From positions 112,496-176,495 of IMG/VR virus record IMGVR_UViG_2974673715_000001: DNA of 64,000 nucleotides. One strand, written 5' to 3'. This document shows positions 9,426 through 19,560 of the stretch, piece by piece (the stretch's first letter is position 1; every line of letters begins with the position of its first letter). A program made the position numbers and the translations under genes. Under the pieces are notes generated by a model. It saw only the letters and a list, made by a program, of their open reading frames with translations. It ran no database searches and was not told the DNA's origin. The stretch comes from a virus. Taxonomy: Duplodnaviria > Caudoviricetes.

Positions 9426-9973
9426 TGGCAAACTGGTTCCAAGACCAACTAACAAATAGAAACTTTCTTTCCCCTATAGGATATCTTTTCCTATTAGATA
9501 AGGCAAAGAAGGTGTCTTTTTTATGTCAACAAGCAGAGATTCCATCAATAAATTTAGGTGATGTTCTTATTCCTACTGCAGGTTTAGTCCCTTTACCTAG
9601 AGAAGGAAACATACGCTATGGTGATTTGACCGTTGAGTTTATCGTAGATGAAGATCTAAGAAACTACATGGAAATCCACAACTGGATGCGTGCTTTAGGA
9701 ACTCCACAATATTATGATGAGCGTGTTGCATGGGAAACCAAGTATCAAGACGCACCGTCACAAGACGTACGTTTCTCTGACGCTACTCTTCAAGTATTAA
9801 ACAACAATAACTTAGCAAACTTTGATGTAGTCTTCAAAGATTTATTTCCTACAGAACTATCAACACTATCATTTGATGTTTCACAAGGTGATAATTCATT
9901 CATGACTGCACAGGCAACTTTTAAATATACTCTATACGAAATCAGAAACGTAAATTCGAGAACTAGACGATGA
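9425..9973 (+). CDS. g3: Tail completion/sheath stabiliser gp3
   Basis: NRNFLSPIG, FIVDEDLRNYMEIHNW and FKDLFPTELS motifs; usual position after g23. Confidence 0.88.
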   Translation: MANWFQDQLTNRNFLSPIGYLFLLDKAKKVSFLCQQAEIPSINLGDVLIPTAGLVPLPREGNIRYGDLTVEFIVDEDLRNYMEIHNWMRALGTPQYYDERVAWETKYQDAPSQDVRFSDATLQVLNNNNLANFDVVFKDLFPTELSTLSFDVSQGDNSFMTAQATFKYTLYEIRNVNSRTRR

Positions 9974-10371
9974 AGAAGTTCAATCTATTCAAGTTTGAGC
10001 ATACATGGGGTGGTAAAGATAACTGGTATACTAAATCTACTAGGTGGGCGAAGAAGCAACCCTTCCCTTTAAACCATTTAATTACAGGTTTTATCGAATG
10101 GTTGCATATTCAGTGGAATGATGGTAAAATAATTATGGCTATGGACGACGTTGATCGTCAGGTAGATAAAATCCAATCCCAGTGGGAGGAAAATGAGCAA
10201 CAAACAAGACACACAATCGTGGAGACAGGAGTATTTGGAGATGAAGGCTGGTCTCTCGAAATTACAAATCCGATTGTTGAAAGAGGGTCCTCATCAACTA
10301 GCACAGGCATGGTTACTCCAAGCGATGCACAACGACTACAAGAAGATGAAGGGGATCAAGGAACCACCTAG
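9970..10371 (+). CDS. Hypothetical protein
   Basis: ATGA-coupled to g3; overlaps the next ORF by 179 nt. Confidence 0.6.
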   Translation: MKKFNLFKFEHTWGGKDNWYTKSTRWAKKQPFPLNHLITGFIEWLHIQWNDGKIIMAMDDVDRQVDKIQSQWEENEQQTRHTIVETGVFGDEGWSLEITNPIVERGSSSTSTGMVTPSDAQRLQEDEGDQGTT

Positions 10372-10438
10372 TCGTGAGTCTGGATATCAGATTTCAATGA
10401 AAGAGTGGTTTGAACGTGAAAAGGATCAGGGTGTATGA
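10193..10438 (+). CDS. Conserved hypothetical protein
   Basis: GGAGG SD; WRQEYLEMK...LLKEGPHQLAQAW; ATGA-coupled to uvsY. Confidence 0.75.
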   Translation: MSNKQDTQSWRQEYLEMKAGLSKLQIRLLKEGPHQLAQAWLLQAMHNDYKKMKGIKEPPSRESGYQISMKEWFEREKDQGV

Positions 10439-10863
10439 ATCTTGAACAATTTCAAGAGATGTGGAAAAAGGATAGTGTAATTGACGGAGATTTATACTGC
10501 GAAGAATCTACAAAAATTCCACAACTTCATATGAAATATATGGAGTATCACAATACTTTCTCTCTTATGAAAAAAGAAAGAGAGTTAGAAATGAAACGTC
10601 TCATAAAAGAAAAATGGTTATACTATAAAGGTAAAGCACCCTCTTCAGTATACAAAGAAACACCATTTGATTTTAAACTTACTACAAAAGAAGAGATCAA
10701 TATGTTTATTGAAGCAGATGATGCTATCTGCAAACTACAATTTAAGATAGACTACATAGAACAAGTTCTATTGTATCTTGATAGTATCTTACGAATGATA
10801 AACAATCGTAATTTTCAAATTAAGAATGCAATTGAATGGGAAAAATTTAAGAATGGTTTTTAA
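10435..10863 (+). CDS. uvsY: Recombination mediator UvsY
   Basis: IPQLHMKY, KWLYYKGKA and RNFQIKNAIEWEKF motifs. Confidence 0.92.
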   Translation: MNLEQFQEMWKKDSVIDGDLYCEESTKIPQLHMKYMEYHNTFSLMKKERELEMKRLIKEKWLYYKGKAPSSVYKETPFDFKLTTKEEINMFIEADDAICKLQFKIDYIEQVLLYLDSILRMINNRNFQIKNAIEWEKFKNGF

Positions 10864-11408
10864 TGAATTACGGATTGCCCTACAAAGAAGTTATCTTCAA
10901 TACAAAGGCACAGGATATAGTCAACAAGGTAATTTCGTATAGACATAATTGGACTAGAGGACAAATTCGTAGCGGAGTCCAATCAAATAGAAGTTCAGAG
11001 ATAGCATGGTTAGGAGATAGAGAACTCCTGTCCATGCTTCTTCGTATGATTAAGAAAATAAATGAAGATGCTCGTTGGAATCTAAAGATTACAGGTGTCG
11101 AACCAGTTCAGTATGGTAGATATGGTGAAGGTGATTTTTATGATTGGCACATAGATCAACACCCTCAACCAGTAAAGGGATTAGTAAGAAAGGTTAGTAT
11201 GACACTCTTTCTAAATGAAGATTACGAAGGAGGCGAGTTTGATTTGGAGATATATAAACCAGAGACAGATCCCAGATATAAAACTTTCAAGTTAAATGCA
11301 GGATCTGCTATCTTTTTCCAAAGTGATCGATGGCACAGGGTACGTCCTATCACATCTGGAACTCGTGAATCTTTAGTAGCATGGTTTTATGGACCTCCTT
11401 ATTCGTAA
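10863..11408 (+). CDS. 2OG-Fe(II) oxygenase (prolyl-4-hydroxylase-like)
   Basis: YDWHID...RKVSMTLFLN..YEGGEF...HRVRPITSGTRESLVAW (HxD...H...R). Confidence 0.92.
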   Translation: MNYGLPYKEVIFNTKAQDIVNKVISYRHNWTRGQIRSGVQSNRSSEIAWLGDRELLSMLLRMIKKINEDARWNLKITGVEPVQYGRYGEGDFYDWHIDQHPQPVKGLVRKVSMTLFLNEDYEGGEFDLEIYKPETDPRYKTFKLNAGSAIFFQSDRWHRVRPITSGTRESLVAWFYGPPYS

Positions 11409-12861
11409 AAAGAATGAAGTCTATCTTAAGGTTGAAGCACAACCTCACATTAATTATGAGTTAGCAGATTTCTTTACCTTCGAGGTAGAGTCTGCAAAAT
11501 TCATGCAGAAGACTAGAAGGTATAGAGGATGGGATGGTAAGATTAGATTGTTTTCTCCTGCAACAGGAGAGATATATTGTGGTCTTGTAGATTACTTAAC
11601 AGACTGGGCGAAAGAAAAGGGATATGAATATCAAATAGAAGATGATGAATACTTTGGTCATCCTATCACAGAGAATGAACTTATCACTCCCAAGTCGGTT
11701 GTAGGGTTTGTAAAATCACTGCGTCTGCCCCCGACTCTACAGGTAAGGGATTATCAGTATAAGGCAATTTACGAAGCACTAAAATACAACAGACGACTGT
11801 TGCTGTCCCCCACAGCGTCAGGAAAATCTTTGATGATTTATGCATTGGTTAGATTTCATTTAAACGTTGGTCGTAATGTTTTAATTGTAGTCCCCACTAC
11901 CTCTCTTGTCGAACAAATGTATAAGGACTTTGAAACATATGGTTGGATGGCAAAGAAAGATTGCCATAAGATATATGCAGGGCAAGACAAATATACAGAT
12001 CATAATGTGATAATCACCACTTGGCAGTCAGTATATAAAGAACCAAAAAAATGGTTTGATAGATTTGACTGCGTGATTGGTGATGAAGCACATCAGTTCA
12101 AAGCAAAATCTCTAAGTACATTGATGGGTAAGTTGCATGATTGTAAATACCGTATTGGTTTTACAGGAACACTAGATGGTGCCAATGTCAATCAACTTGT
12201 ATTAGAAGGTTTGTTTGGTAGATGTTCTCAAGTTACTAGAACTAATCAATTGATGAAGGCAGGGCACATTGCTAAATTAAAAGTCAAGGTAGTTCTTTTA
12301 AAACATGAAGAAAAACTATTTGAAGGATATCAAGATGAAATTGATTATCTAGTTGAACACGAAGGAAGGAATAAATTTATCCGTAATCTTGCGTGTGATC
12401 TCAAAGGAAATACCCTTGTGCTTTTCAATTATGTAGAACGACATGGTGAACCTCTTTACAAATTGATAAATAGTTACACAGACAGACCCGTGTTCTTTGT
12501 TCATGGGGGTGTAGATGTCGATGATCGCGAAGAAATTCGCATGCTAACAGAGGCATCAGACAATGCAATCATTATTGCATCGTATGGTACGTTCTCTACT
12601 GGCATCAATATTAAAAACTTACATAATGTTATTTTCGCTTCTCCTTCTAAATCTCGGATTCGTAATTTACAGTCTATTGGACGAGTATTGCGGAAAGGAG
12701 ACAATAAATCAAAAGCCACTTTATATGATATTGCTGATGATATCTCAACAGACAGGGGCAATAACTACACGTTGAATCACCTGATGGAGAGAGTCAAGAT
12801 TTATAATGAAGAGAAATTTCAGTATGAGATCATAGATGTAAAAGTAAAAGCTTATGATTAA
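11389..12861 (+). CDS. uvsW: SF2 helicase UvsW
   Basis: SPTASGKS, GDEAH, GFTGT and QSIGRVLR motifs. Confidence 0.97.
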   Translation: MDLLIRKKNEVYLKVEAQPHINYELADFFTFEVESAKFMQKTRRYRGWDGKIRLFSPATGEIYCGLVDYLTDWAKEKGYEYQIEDDEYFGHPITENELITPKSVVGFVKSLRLPPTLQVRDYQYKAIYEALKYNRRLLLSPTASGKSLMIYALVRFHLNVGRNVLIVVPTTSLVEQMYKDFETYGWMAKKDCHKIYAGQDKYTDHNVIITTWQSVYKEPKKWFDRFDCVIGDEAHQFKAKSLSTLMGKLHDCKYRIGFTGTLDGANVNQLVLEGLFGRCSQVTRTNQLMKAGHIAKLKVKVVLLKHEEKLFEGYQDEIDYLVEHEGRNKFIRNLACDLKGNTLVLFNYVERHGEPLYKLINSYTDRPVFFVHGGVDVDDREEIRMLTEASDNAIIIASYGTFSTGINIKNLHNVIFASPSKSRIRNLQSIGRVLRKGDNKSKATLYDIADDISTDRGNNYTLNHLMERVKIYNEEKFQYEIIDVKVKAYD

Positions 12862-13279
12862 CTACGCAAAACACGACGAAGAATTTCACGGTATATTCAA
12901 ACTGGTTAGTGGGGAGGAAATCCTTGCTAAGGCAGTTATGACAGAAGATCGTGGAGAGAGTTTAATTTTCATGTCTGATCCTGTTAGCGTATTGCCAATC
13001 ACTAAGGACGTCGGCGAGCAAAAAATATTAAGAGGTATGGGTTTCAGTAAATGGATTCCAATGTCTGACGAAGAATTTTTTATTTTAAGAGAGAAGGATA
13101 TCATGACCATGGCAACAATGAGTAGACCTGTCAAACTCATGTACGATGCATACATCATCGGCGAAGATGCACATGGAAAGCAAATGAAAGAACGTCAAGT
13201 TCCGCCCTCGATTGCCGAAGGATATCTAGGAAACACAAAAGACATCCGTGCCTTGCTAGAAAAATTGTATAAGAAGTAA
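12854..13279 (+). CDS. Conserved hypothetical protein (Sm-like fold likely)
   Basis: FKLVSGEEILA...KWIPMSDEEFF; conserved slot between uvsW and g55. Confidence 0.75.
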   Translation: MINYAKHDEEFHGIFKLVSGEEILAKAVMTEDRGESLIFMSDPVSVLPITKDVGEQKILRGMGFSKWIPMSDEEFFILREKDIMTMATMSRPVKLMYDAYIIGEDAHGKQMKERQVPPSIAEGYLGNTKDIRALLEKLYKK

Positions 13280-13309
13280 GTTATATTTCCTCTGAACCCT
13301 TACAGTGTT

Positions 13310-13338
13310 AGTATACTTGTCCTTGACAGGTTTGTCAA
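13310..13338 (-). promoter_or_regulatory. Divergent antisense sigma70 promoter
   Basis: Minus strand TTGACA (13338-33), 17 nt, TATACT (13315-10). Confidence 0.6.
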
Positions 13339-13351
13339 GTGTTGTTATAAT
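13323..13351 (+). promoter_or_regulatory. Sigma70 promoter of g55
   Basis: TTGACA-17-TATAAT, perfect consensus. Confidence 0.88.
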
Positions 13352-13371
13352 TAAAACAAAGAAAAATTTGT

Positions 13372-13845
13372 ATGAAGAAATCTTCCCCCAAAAAGCGACA
13401 GCATTATGTAGATAATCAAGAGTTTCTTGCTGCTATTATCAAGTATAAAGAGAAAGTAGACCATGCAAAAGAAAAGGGTCTACCAAAACCTCGTGTCAAT
13501 AATTACATTGGTGGTTGCTTTTTAAAGATTGCTACTCATCTATCATATAGACCAAACTTTATTAATTACATGTATAAAGATGATATGGTATGTGATGGTA
13601 TCGAGAATTGTATACAGTATATTGATAACTTTGATCCTGCTAAGAGTAGAAACCCCTTTGCATATTTTACTCAAATCGTATACTATGCTTTCCTAAGAAG
13701 AATTGCTAAAGAGAAAAGACAAATGGATATTAAAGAAAAAATTATAGAAAAATCTGGATACGATCATGTATTCACAGTTGACGGAGACGCAAGTTCAGAG
13801 TATAATCAAATTAAGTCCCGTGTCGAAATGAATTCTAAACGATGA
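13372..13845 (+). CDS. g55: Late sigma factor gp55
   Basis: HYVDNQEF, LSYRPNFINY and NPFAYFTQIVYYAFLRRIAKEK motifs. Confidence 0.97.
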   Translation: MKKSSPKKRQHYVDNQEFLAAIIKYKEKVDHAKEKGLPKPRVNNYIGGCFLKIATHLSYRPNFINYMYKDDMVCDGIENCIQYIDNFDPAKSRNPFAYFTQIVYYAFLRRIAKEKRQMDIKEKIIEKSGYDHVFTVDGDASSEYNQIKSRVEMNSKR

Positions 13846-14876
13846 AGATTCTCTTAATAACAGATCAACACTTTGGAGTTCGTAATGACAACCAACATTT
13901 TATCAATCATTACAAAAAGTTTTACAATAATATTGTAATTCCTTTTATAAAAGCATCTGGCATTAAACAGGTCATTGCTCTTGGTGATACCTTTGATCGT
14001 CGTAGATTCATTAACTTTATGTCTCTAAACGAATCAAAAGAAATGTGGTTTGATCCATTGAGAGATATGGGTATCCCAATGACCATGCTTGTTGGCAACC
14101 ATGACATATACTACAAAAATACTCTTCGAGTTAATGCCCCAAATGAATTACTCAGAGGGTACGACAACATCACAATCATTGATGACCACGATACTGTCAC
14201 TTTTGATGGTCTACCTATTCTTCTCCTTTCTTGGATTTGTGATGACAATCGCGAACGATTTCTCAAAGTTATCCAAGAATCTGATGCCCCTGTCTGTATG
14301 GGTCATTTGGAGCTTAACGGTTTTGAGGCTCATCCAGGTCATGTGATGGAAGGTGGGATGGATCCCAATGTCTTTAGTAAATTTAAAAGAGTATTCTCTG
14401 GACACTATCATCAGAAATCTACTAAAGGTAATATCAGATACTTAGGTAATCCTTATCAACTTTATTGGAATGACTACGCAGCGAAAAGAGGTTTTCACGT
14501 CTTTGATACAGACACTCTTAAAACTACTTTTTATAGGAATCCCTTTGATGTTTTTTATAAACTGTATTATAATTCTGGAGTGTCTCTCCCAGACGAATCA
14601 GAAATCAGAGGATCATTCGTCAAACTAATTGTAGAAGATAAAGGAGACTATCAGAAGTTCGACTACAATGTAAAACGCATACAGGATATGGGTTGTGCAG
14701 ATCTTAAGATTGTTGAAGATCTTAGTGTGGAACTGGAGAATGGAAGTGAAGTGCTAGAAACCGAAGACACAATGACGTTGTTAGACAAATATATAGATGA
14801 GATAGATTTAAGAGTCAGTAAACCTAATGTTAAGTCTGTCATGCGATCACTATATGTAGAGGCATCAGAACTATAA
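13842..14876 (+). CDS. g47: Recombination endonuclease subunit gp47 (Mre11/SbcD-like)
   Basis: TDQHFG, LGDTFD, GNHD and SGHYH metallophosphoesterase motifs. Confidence 0.96.
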   Translation: MKILLITDQHFGVRNDNQHFINHYKKFYNNIVIPFIKASGIKQVIALGDTFDRRRFINFMSLNESKEMWFDPLRDMGIPMTMLVGNHDIYYKNTLRVNAPNELLRGYDNITIIDDHDTVTFDGLPILLLSWICDDNRERFLKVIQESDAPVCMGHLELNGFEAHPGHVMEGGMDPNVFSKFKRVFSGHYHQKSTKGNIRYLGNPYQLYWNDYAAKRGFHVFDTDTLKTTFYRNPFDVFYKLYYNSGVSLPDESEIRGSFVKLIVEDKGDYQKFDYNVKRIQDMGCADLKIVEDLSVELENGSEVLETEDTMTLLDKYIDEIDLRVSKPNVKSVMRSLYVEASEL

Positions 14877-15148
14877 TGTTTGTTCTTACTGATAAAAAAA
14901 CTGGTGGTGTTTATGCTAACTCTAAGTCAGGCGACGAACAGGGTAAGAAGAACGTGCTTGTTTTTGCAGAGAAAGACGATGCAGAAAGATATATCGTACT
15001 TCTAGAGGCAGATGATTTTAATCAGGAACTTGACATTCTGGAAGTAGATGCAGAAATTGTTGCCATGAATTGTGGTAATTATGGGTATTCTTATGCTATA
15101 ATAGAACCTACTGACTTACTCATACCAAAAATCAAATTTGATAAATGA
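14876..15148 (+). CDS. Hypothetical protein, DUF3110-like
   Basis: VLVFAEKDDAERYIVLLEADDF motif; between g47 and g46. Confidence 0.65.
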   Translation: MFVLTDKKTGGVYANSKSGDEQGKKNVLVFAEKDDAERYIVLLEADDFNQELDILEVDAEIVAMNCGNYGYSYAIIEPTDLLIPKIKFDK

Positions 15149-16866
15149 TTGTTTTTGAAAATATTAAGTGGAAGAATTTTCTTTCCACTGGTGATCAATG
15201 GACAGAAATTAGTTTGAATGAATCTCCATCAACTCTTATTGTTGGTGCAAACGGTGCAGGTAAATCTACTCTCTTAGATGCATTGTGTTTTGTTTTATTC
15301 AATAAACCTTTTAGAAAAATTAGTAGAGGACAGTTAGTAAATAGTATCAATGAAAAAGGTCTTAAGGTTGAAGTATTATTCTCTATTGGTGTTGATGAGT
15401 ATCGCGTCTTTCGTGGAGCGAAACCTAATATATTCGAGGTCTACAAAAACAATAAAATGGTTGACCAAGATGCTGCTGCCAAAGACACGCAGAAGTATCT
15501 CGAACAATCCGTTCTCAAACTCAACTTTAAATCCTTTACACAGGTCGTCATCTTGGGTTCATCCACATTTGTCCCCTTCATGCAACTCAACGCACCTGTC
15601 AGGAGAGAAGTTATTGAAGATTTACTTGACATCAACATCTTCTCCCAAATGAATACGATCCTAAAAGATCGTGTTAGAAATGCAATGTCGCAACAACGTG
15701 ATTGTGATCATCTTCTTCATATCGCAGAGGAACGTGTAAACAATCAAGAAAGAATTATTAGCACTCTTGCTGATGTGAGTGCAACTCGTCAGAAAGATAA
15801 GAAAAGTAAAATTAAAAACAATAATGAAAAAATTAAATCAGAAGAAAAGCAACGTGATCTACTGAAAGAAGAAGTAGAAACTCTTACTATAGGTTTGAAG
15901 AATGTTGATAATCATAAAGCAGTATTAGATGACCTTCGTCAAGAACAATCTGATATCAATTCAGAGTTAAAATCTGCTGCCAAACAACTTAAGTTTTTTA
16001 AATCACATGATGAATGTCCTACCTGTTCTCAGCAGATTGAAAAGGAATTCAAGACAGCAGTGATTGGTAATTTAGAAACTAAAGGTAAGAATCTTACAAA
16101 AGATTTTAAAGGTTTGACTAATAAAATTGCTGATGCTGTTAGTGTTGTAGAGAAAATGGAGATTCTTTCTAGAAATATCATGGAAACTCGTAGTAAAGTA
16201 TCCTCTGCAGAAAGAGAGATCGTACGTTTAGAGACAGAGAACCTTAAAATAAATGAAGAGATATTAGAACTACAAACAAACACTCCTAAAATTAGAGAAG
16301 AAAAACTATCTTTAGTTAAGTTTCAAAAAGAATTAGAAGAAACACAAAAAGATTGTGGAAAGATTCATCAGACTCTTGATGAATTTAAAGTCATAGGTAA
16401 TTTGTTAAAGGACTCTGGTATTAAGAGTCAAATTATTAAGAAGTATGTTCCTATTTTTAATAATTTAATCAATAAATATCTGCACAGCATGGACTTCTTT
16501 GTTAACTTCACACTCGATGAAGAGTTTAAAGAAGTAATTAAAAGTAGATTTAGAGATGAATTTTCATATTCATCTTTTTCTGAAGGTGAAAAAGCAAAAA
16601 TTGATTTAGCATTGCTATTTACATGGAGAGAAGTTGCTCGTATGAAAAATAGTGTTGCTACTAATTTACTCATACTTGATGAAGTATTCGATAGTTCTTT
16701 GGACGCAGAAGGAACAAATGAACTCTTGAAGATTCTTCATGCTTTGGGTATTTCAAGTAACATATTTGTTATCTCACACAAGGGTGATGTCTTATTAGAC
16801 AAATTCCTAAGGACACTTAGATTTGAAAAGATTAATGATTTCTCGCGTATGTCAGACGACTCGTAA
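15145..16866 (+). CDS. g46: Recombination ATPase gp46 (Rad50/SbcC-like)
   Basis: GANGAGKS Walker A, CPTC zinc hook, FSEGEK signature and LILDEVFD Walker B. Confidence 0.97.
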   Translation: MIVFENIKWKNFLSTGDQWTEISLNESPSTLIVGANGAGKSTLLDALCFVLFNKPFRKISRGQLVNSINEKGLKVEVLFSIGVDEYRVFRGAKPNIFEVYKNNKMVDQDAAAKDTQKYLEQSVLKLNFKSFTQVVILGSSTFVPFMQLNAPVRREVIEDLLDINIFSQMNTILKDRVRNAMSQQRDCDHLLHIAEERVNNQERIISTLADVSATRQKDKKSKIKNNNEKIKSEEKQRDLLKEEVETLTIGLKNVDNHKAVLDDLRQEQSDINSELKSAAKQLKFFKSHDECPTCSQQIEKEFKTAVIGNLETKGKNLTKDFKGLTNKIADAVSVVEKMEILSRNIMETRSKVSSAEREIVRLETENLKINEEILELQTNTPKIREEKLSLVKFQKELEETQKDCGKIHQTLDEFKVIGNLLKDSGIKSQIIKKYVPIFNNLINKYLHSMDFFVNFTLDEEFKEVIKSRFRDEFSYSSFSEGEKAKIDLALLFTWREVARMKNSVATNLLILDEVFDSSLDAEGTNELLKILHALGISSNIFVISHKGDVLLDKFLRTLRFEKINDFSRMSDDS

Positions 16867-17074
16867 ATTTTGGAGAGTATGGGCAAAAGCACTTGGAGAC
16901 AAGTCTGGAAACTCAGATAAAGAAGCGGATTGGATTGCTTTAATCCGAACATTTATTTTCATTCAGTTAGTAGTTACTAACTGTTTTATCGTAGCAGGTA
17001 ACATAAGGCACTGGAACGATCATCACGTTCCGCCATCATATCAGCGTGTGCCAATTAAAAAAGTGGCACAATAG
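16823..17074 (+). CDS. Small membrane protein
   Basis: WRVWAKALG.K...IRTFIF...NCFIVAGNIRHW with a hydrophobic segment; start uncertain. Confidence 0.65.
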   Translation: MKRLMISRVCQTTRKFWRVWAKALGDKSGNSDKEADWIALIRTFIFIQLVVTNCFIVAGNIRHWNDHHVPPSYQRVPIKKVAQ

Positions 17075-17104
17075 CTAGCACATTCTTGATTGGTCTGCTA
17101 TAAT
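17048..17104 (+). promoter_or_regulatory. Motif-associated extended -10 promoter
   Basis: GTGCCA-N9-GTGGCAC box, then TGCTATAAT; no TTGACA. Confidence 0.65.
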
Positions 17105-17127
17105 AGGTATATACGAAACACAGACAC

Positions 17128-19350
17128 ATGATCAATCAAGAAGTAAAAGGAACACTTGCTAAACTACTAGCAACAGAAAACCTCACAGTTGAGCACCGTC
17201 AGGTTACAACTGCATACTTCGATGTTGAGAATCGTGTTCTTTGCCTCCCTATCTGGAAGTCTGCCTCAAACACTGTTTACGATCTACTTGTAGGTCACGA
17301 GGTAGGACATGCACTTTATACTCCTGCAGATGATTGGGATAAAAGTGTTCCTAAAGCATTCATCAATGTTCTCGAAGATGCTCGTATTGAAAAACTAATG
17401 AAGCGTACCTATCCTGGTCTTCGTAAGTCTTTCTTTGACGGATACAAAGAACTATGGAATCAAGATTTCTTCGGTGTCAAACATGAGGATCATGAGAATC
17501 TATCACTGATTGATCGCATCAATCTTTACTTCAAAGGTAATCTAAATATTCCTTTCTCAGATGAAGAGAAAGCATGGGTAAACAGAACTGGAAAAACTGA
17601 AACATTTCAAGAGGTAGTAGACCTTGCCAGAGATCTATACGGTTGGGCAAAAGAAAAGCAAGCAGAGAACGAGCAAGAAGATATGGAAAGTGATATTGAG
17701 ATTGGTAATGGCGATGGTAATATGAGTGGTGGAGATTCTGCTACAGAAATGGAAGTCAAAGAGAAAGATTATTCTGAAGAAGAAACATCTGCACCTGAGA
17801 TTGATCCTAATCAACCATGGGATAGTTCAGAGAATCCTCTTGAGGATCTATCAGAAGGTCTCAATAATTACTCAGAACCTATCGGTGGCGATGGATCTGA
17901 TCTATTCAATGACTTTGATCAAGTAGACGAAACTGAGAGTATTACAGATAAAGCATTACAAGAATCACTAGAAGACTTAGTTGATGATGATGCTAAGGAG
18001 TGGGTTTACCTTGGTCTTCCTAAAGTAGAAATTGACAAACTTCTAGTTTCTCACTCTACAATTCAAAGTGATCTTGAAGAATTCTTCTCTTTTTACAAAA
18101 ATGGTGACGAAGATGCAGAAAACTATAAGAGAGAGTGTCTTCAGTATGCAGATGATCATTACAACAAATTCAAGAAAGATGCACAGAAATCTGTAAACTA
18201 TCTTGTCAAACAGTTTGAGATGAAAAAGTCTGCTGATGAATACAAACGTGCAGCAGTATCAAAGACAGGTGTTATCAACACTAATACTCTTTACAAATAC
18301 AAACTAACTGATGACATCTTCAAGAAAGTTACAACTGTTCCTGAGGGTAAGAATCATGGTCTTATTCTACATCTTGATTGGTCTGGTTCTATGCAGTATC
18401 AACTCTTGGATACTGTAAAGCAAGTTTTCAACTTGGTATGGTTCTGTCGTAAAGCAGGTATTCCTTTCCGTGTCTACGCATTCCAGAGTTCATACTATGG
18501 TTATGATCATAGTAATTGCAAACAATGGAATCCTGGTGTTGAACCTAAGGAAGGTGATCTTGGTATTGCAGATGATTTCAGACTTCTTGAATTACTATCT
18601 TCTAAGCAAAATGCTAAGTCACTTGAGAATTCACTCAGACAAATTTACAGACAAGTATTTGCTATCGGTGGATACCGTATGTCTGCTATGCCCAAATACA
18701 CTCTTGGTGGAACTCCACTTGCTGAAGCAGTTTTCTGCACTCGTCAGTTGGTAAAAGATCTCAAGAAGGTAGAAAATGTTCAGAAAGTAAATGTTGTATG
18801 CTTAACTGATGGCGAAGCAAATCCAATGTCATACTGGACAAAAAGTCCTTACAGCACTTACATGCAGGAGATGCGTGAGGAAAAATTCAGACTTGCTCAA
18901 ATGTGTCACTCAAGAAATAGAGTATTCATTCTTCGTGATTCTGACACTGGTTATCAACGCAAACTTAATGGTAGTCCATATGAAACTACAAAAGAGATCG
19001 TAAGTTACATGAGAGAAGTTACTGATTACAACTGGATTGGTATCAGACTCTGCAGTAAAGGCGAGGTATCAAGATTGATTCGTATGCTTGGTATGGACAT
19101 ACAACGTCAAGACGAACTTGACAAGCAATGGAAGAAAGAAAGATTTGCTTCTATCAAAGATGAAGTTGGATTCTCTCAATCTTTCTATATGCCTGACAGG
19201 GGCAATGGCGAAGGAACTCAAGACCTTACTGTAAAACAGAAAGGCGAAGTTGCTACCAAAGCAGAACTACAACGTGCATTCAAAAAGCACATGGGTTCTA
19301 AGACCACAAACAAAACTCTCCTCAACGCATTCATTGAACAAATCGCATGA
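17128..19350 (+). CDS. CobT-like metallopeptidase/VWA protein
   Basis: HEVGH zincin motif, NVLEDARIE, acidic linker, LDWSGSM MIDAS, GGTPL and LTDGEA. Confidence 0.85.
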   Translation: MINQEVKGTLAKLLATENLTVEHRQVTTAYFDVENRVLCLPIWKSASNTVYDLLVGHEVGHALYTPADDWDKSVPKAFINVLEDARIEKLMKRTYPGLRKSFFDGYKELWNQDFFGVKHEDHENLSLIDRINLYFKGNLNIPFSDEEKAWVNRTGKTETFQEVVDLARDLYGWAKEKQAENEQEDMESDIEIGNGDGNMSGGDSATEMEVKEKDYSEEETSAPEIDPNQPWDSSENPLEDLSEGLNNYSEPIGGDGSDLFNDFDQVDETESITDKALQESLEDLVDDDAKEWVYLGLPKVEIDKLLVSHSTIQSDLEEFFSFYKNGDEDAENYKRECLQYADDHYNKFKKDAQKSVNYLVKQFEMKKSADEYKRAAVSKTGVINTNTLYKYKLTDDIFKKVTTVPEGKNHGLILHLDWSGSMQYQLLDTVKQVFNLVWFCRKAGIPFRVYAFQSSYYGYDHSNCKQWNPGVEPKEGDLGIADDFRLLELLSSKQNAKSLENSLRQIYRQVFAIGGYRMSAMPKYTLGGTPLAEAVFCTRQLVKDLKKVENVQKVNVVCLTDGEANPMSYWTKSPYSTYMQEMREEKFRLAQMCHSRNRVFILRDSDTGYQRKLNGSPYETTKEIVSYMREVTDYNWIGIRLCSKGEVSRLIRMLGMDIQRQDELDKQWKKERFASIKDEVGFSQSFYMPDRGNGEGTQDLTVKQKGEVATKAELQRAFKKHMGSKTTNKTLLNAFIEQIA

Positions 19351-19490
19351 AGTGTAAAGTAACTCTATTTAAAGCGGGAACAATCTTTGAAGAAACTGTT
19401 ATCGCTGTGGATTATGATGATGCAAAAAAAGTTGCATTAGCAAGAAATCCTAATTCTACCGTAATGAGTGTGACAGCAGTGTTCGGATAA
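19347..19490 (+). CDS. Small hypothetical protein (47 aa)
   Basis: MKCKVTLFKAGTIFEETVIAVDYDDAKKVALARNPNSTVMSVTAVFG; ATGA-coupled. Confidence 0.75.
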   Translation: MKCKVTLFKAGTIFEETVIAVDYDDAKKVALARNPNSTVMSVTAVFG

Positions 19491-19537
19491 ATAACTGTCC
19501 ACTTGCTGTAGCACTAAGCAGATATACCTGCTATAAT
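19485..19537 (+). promoter_or_regulatory. Motif-associated extended -10 promoter
   Basis: AACTGTCCAC starts 36 nt before TGCTATAAT. Confidence 0.6.
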
Positions 19538-19560
19538 AAATGTATAAACAAACAAAGACT

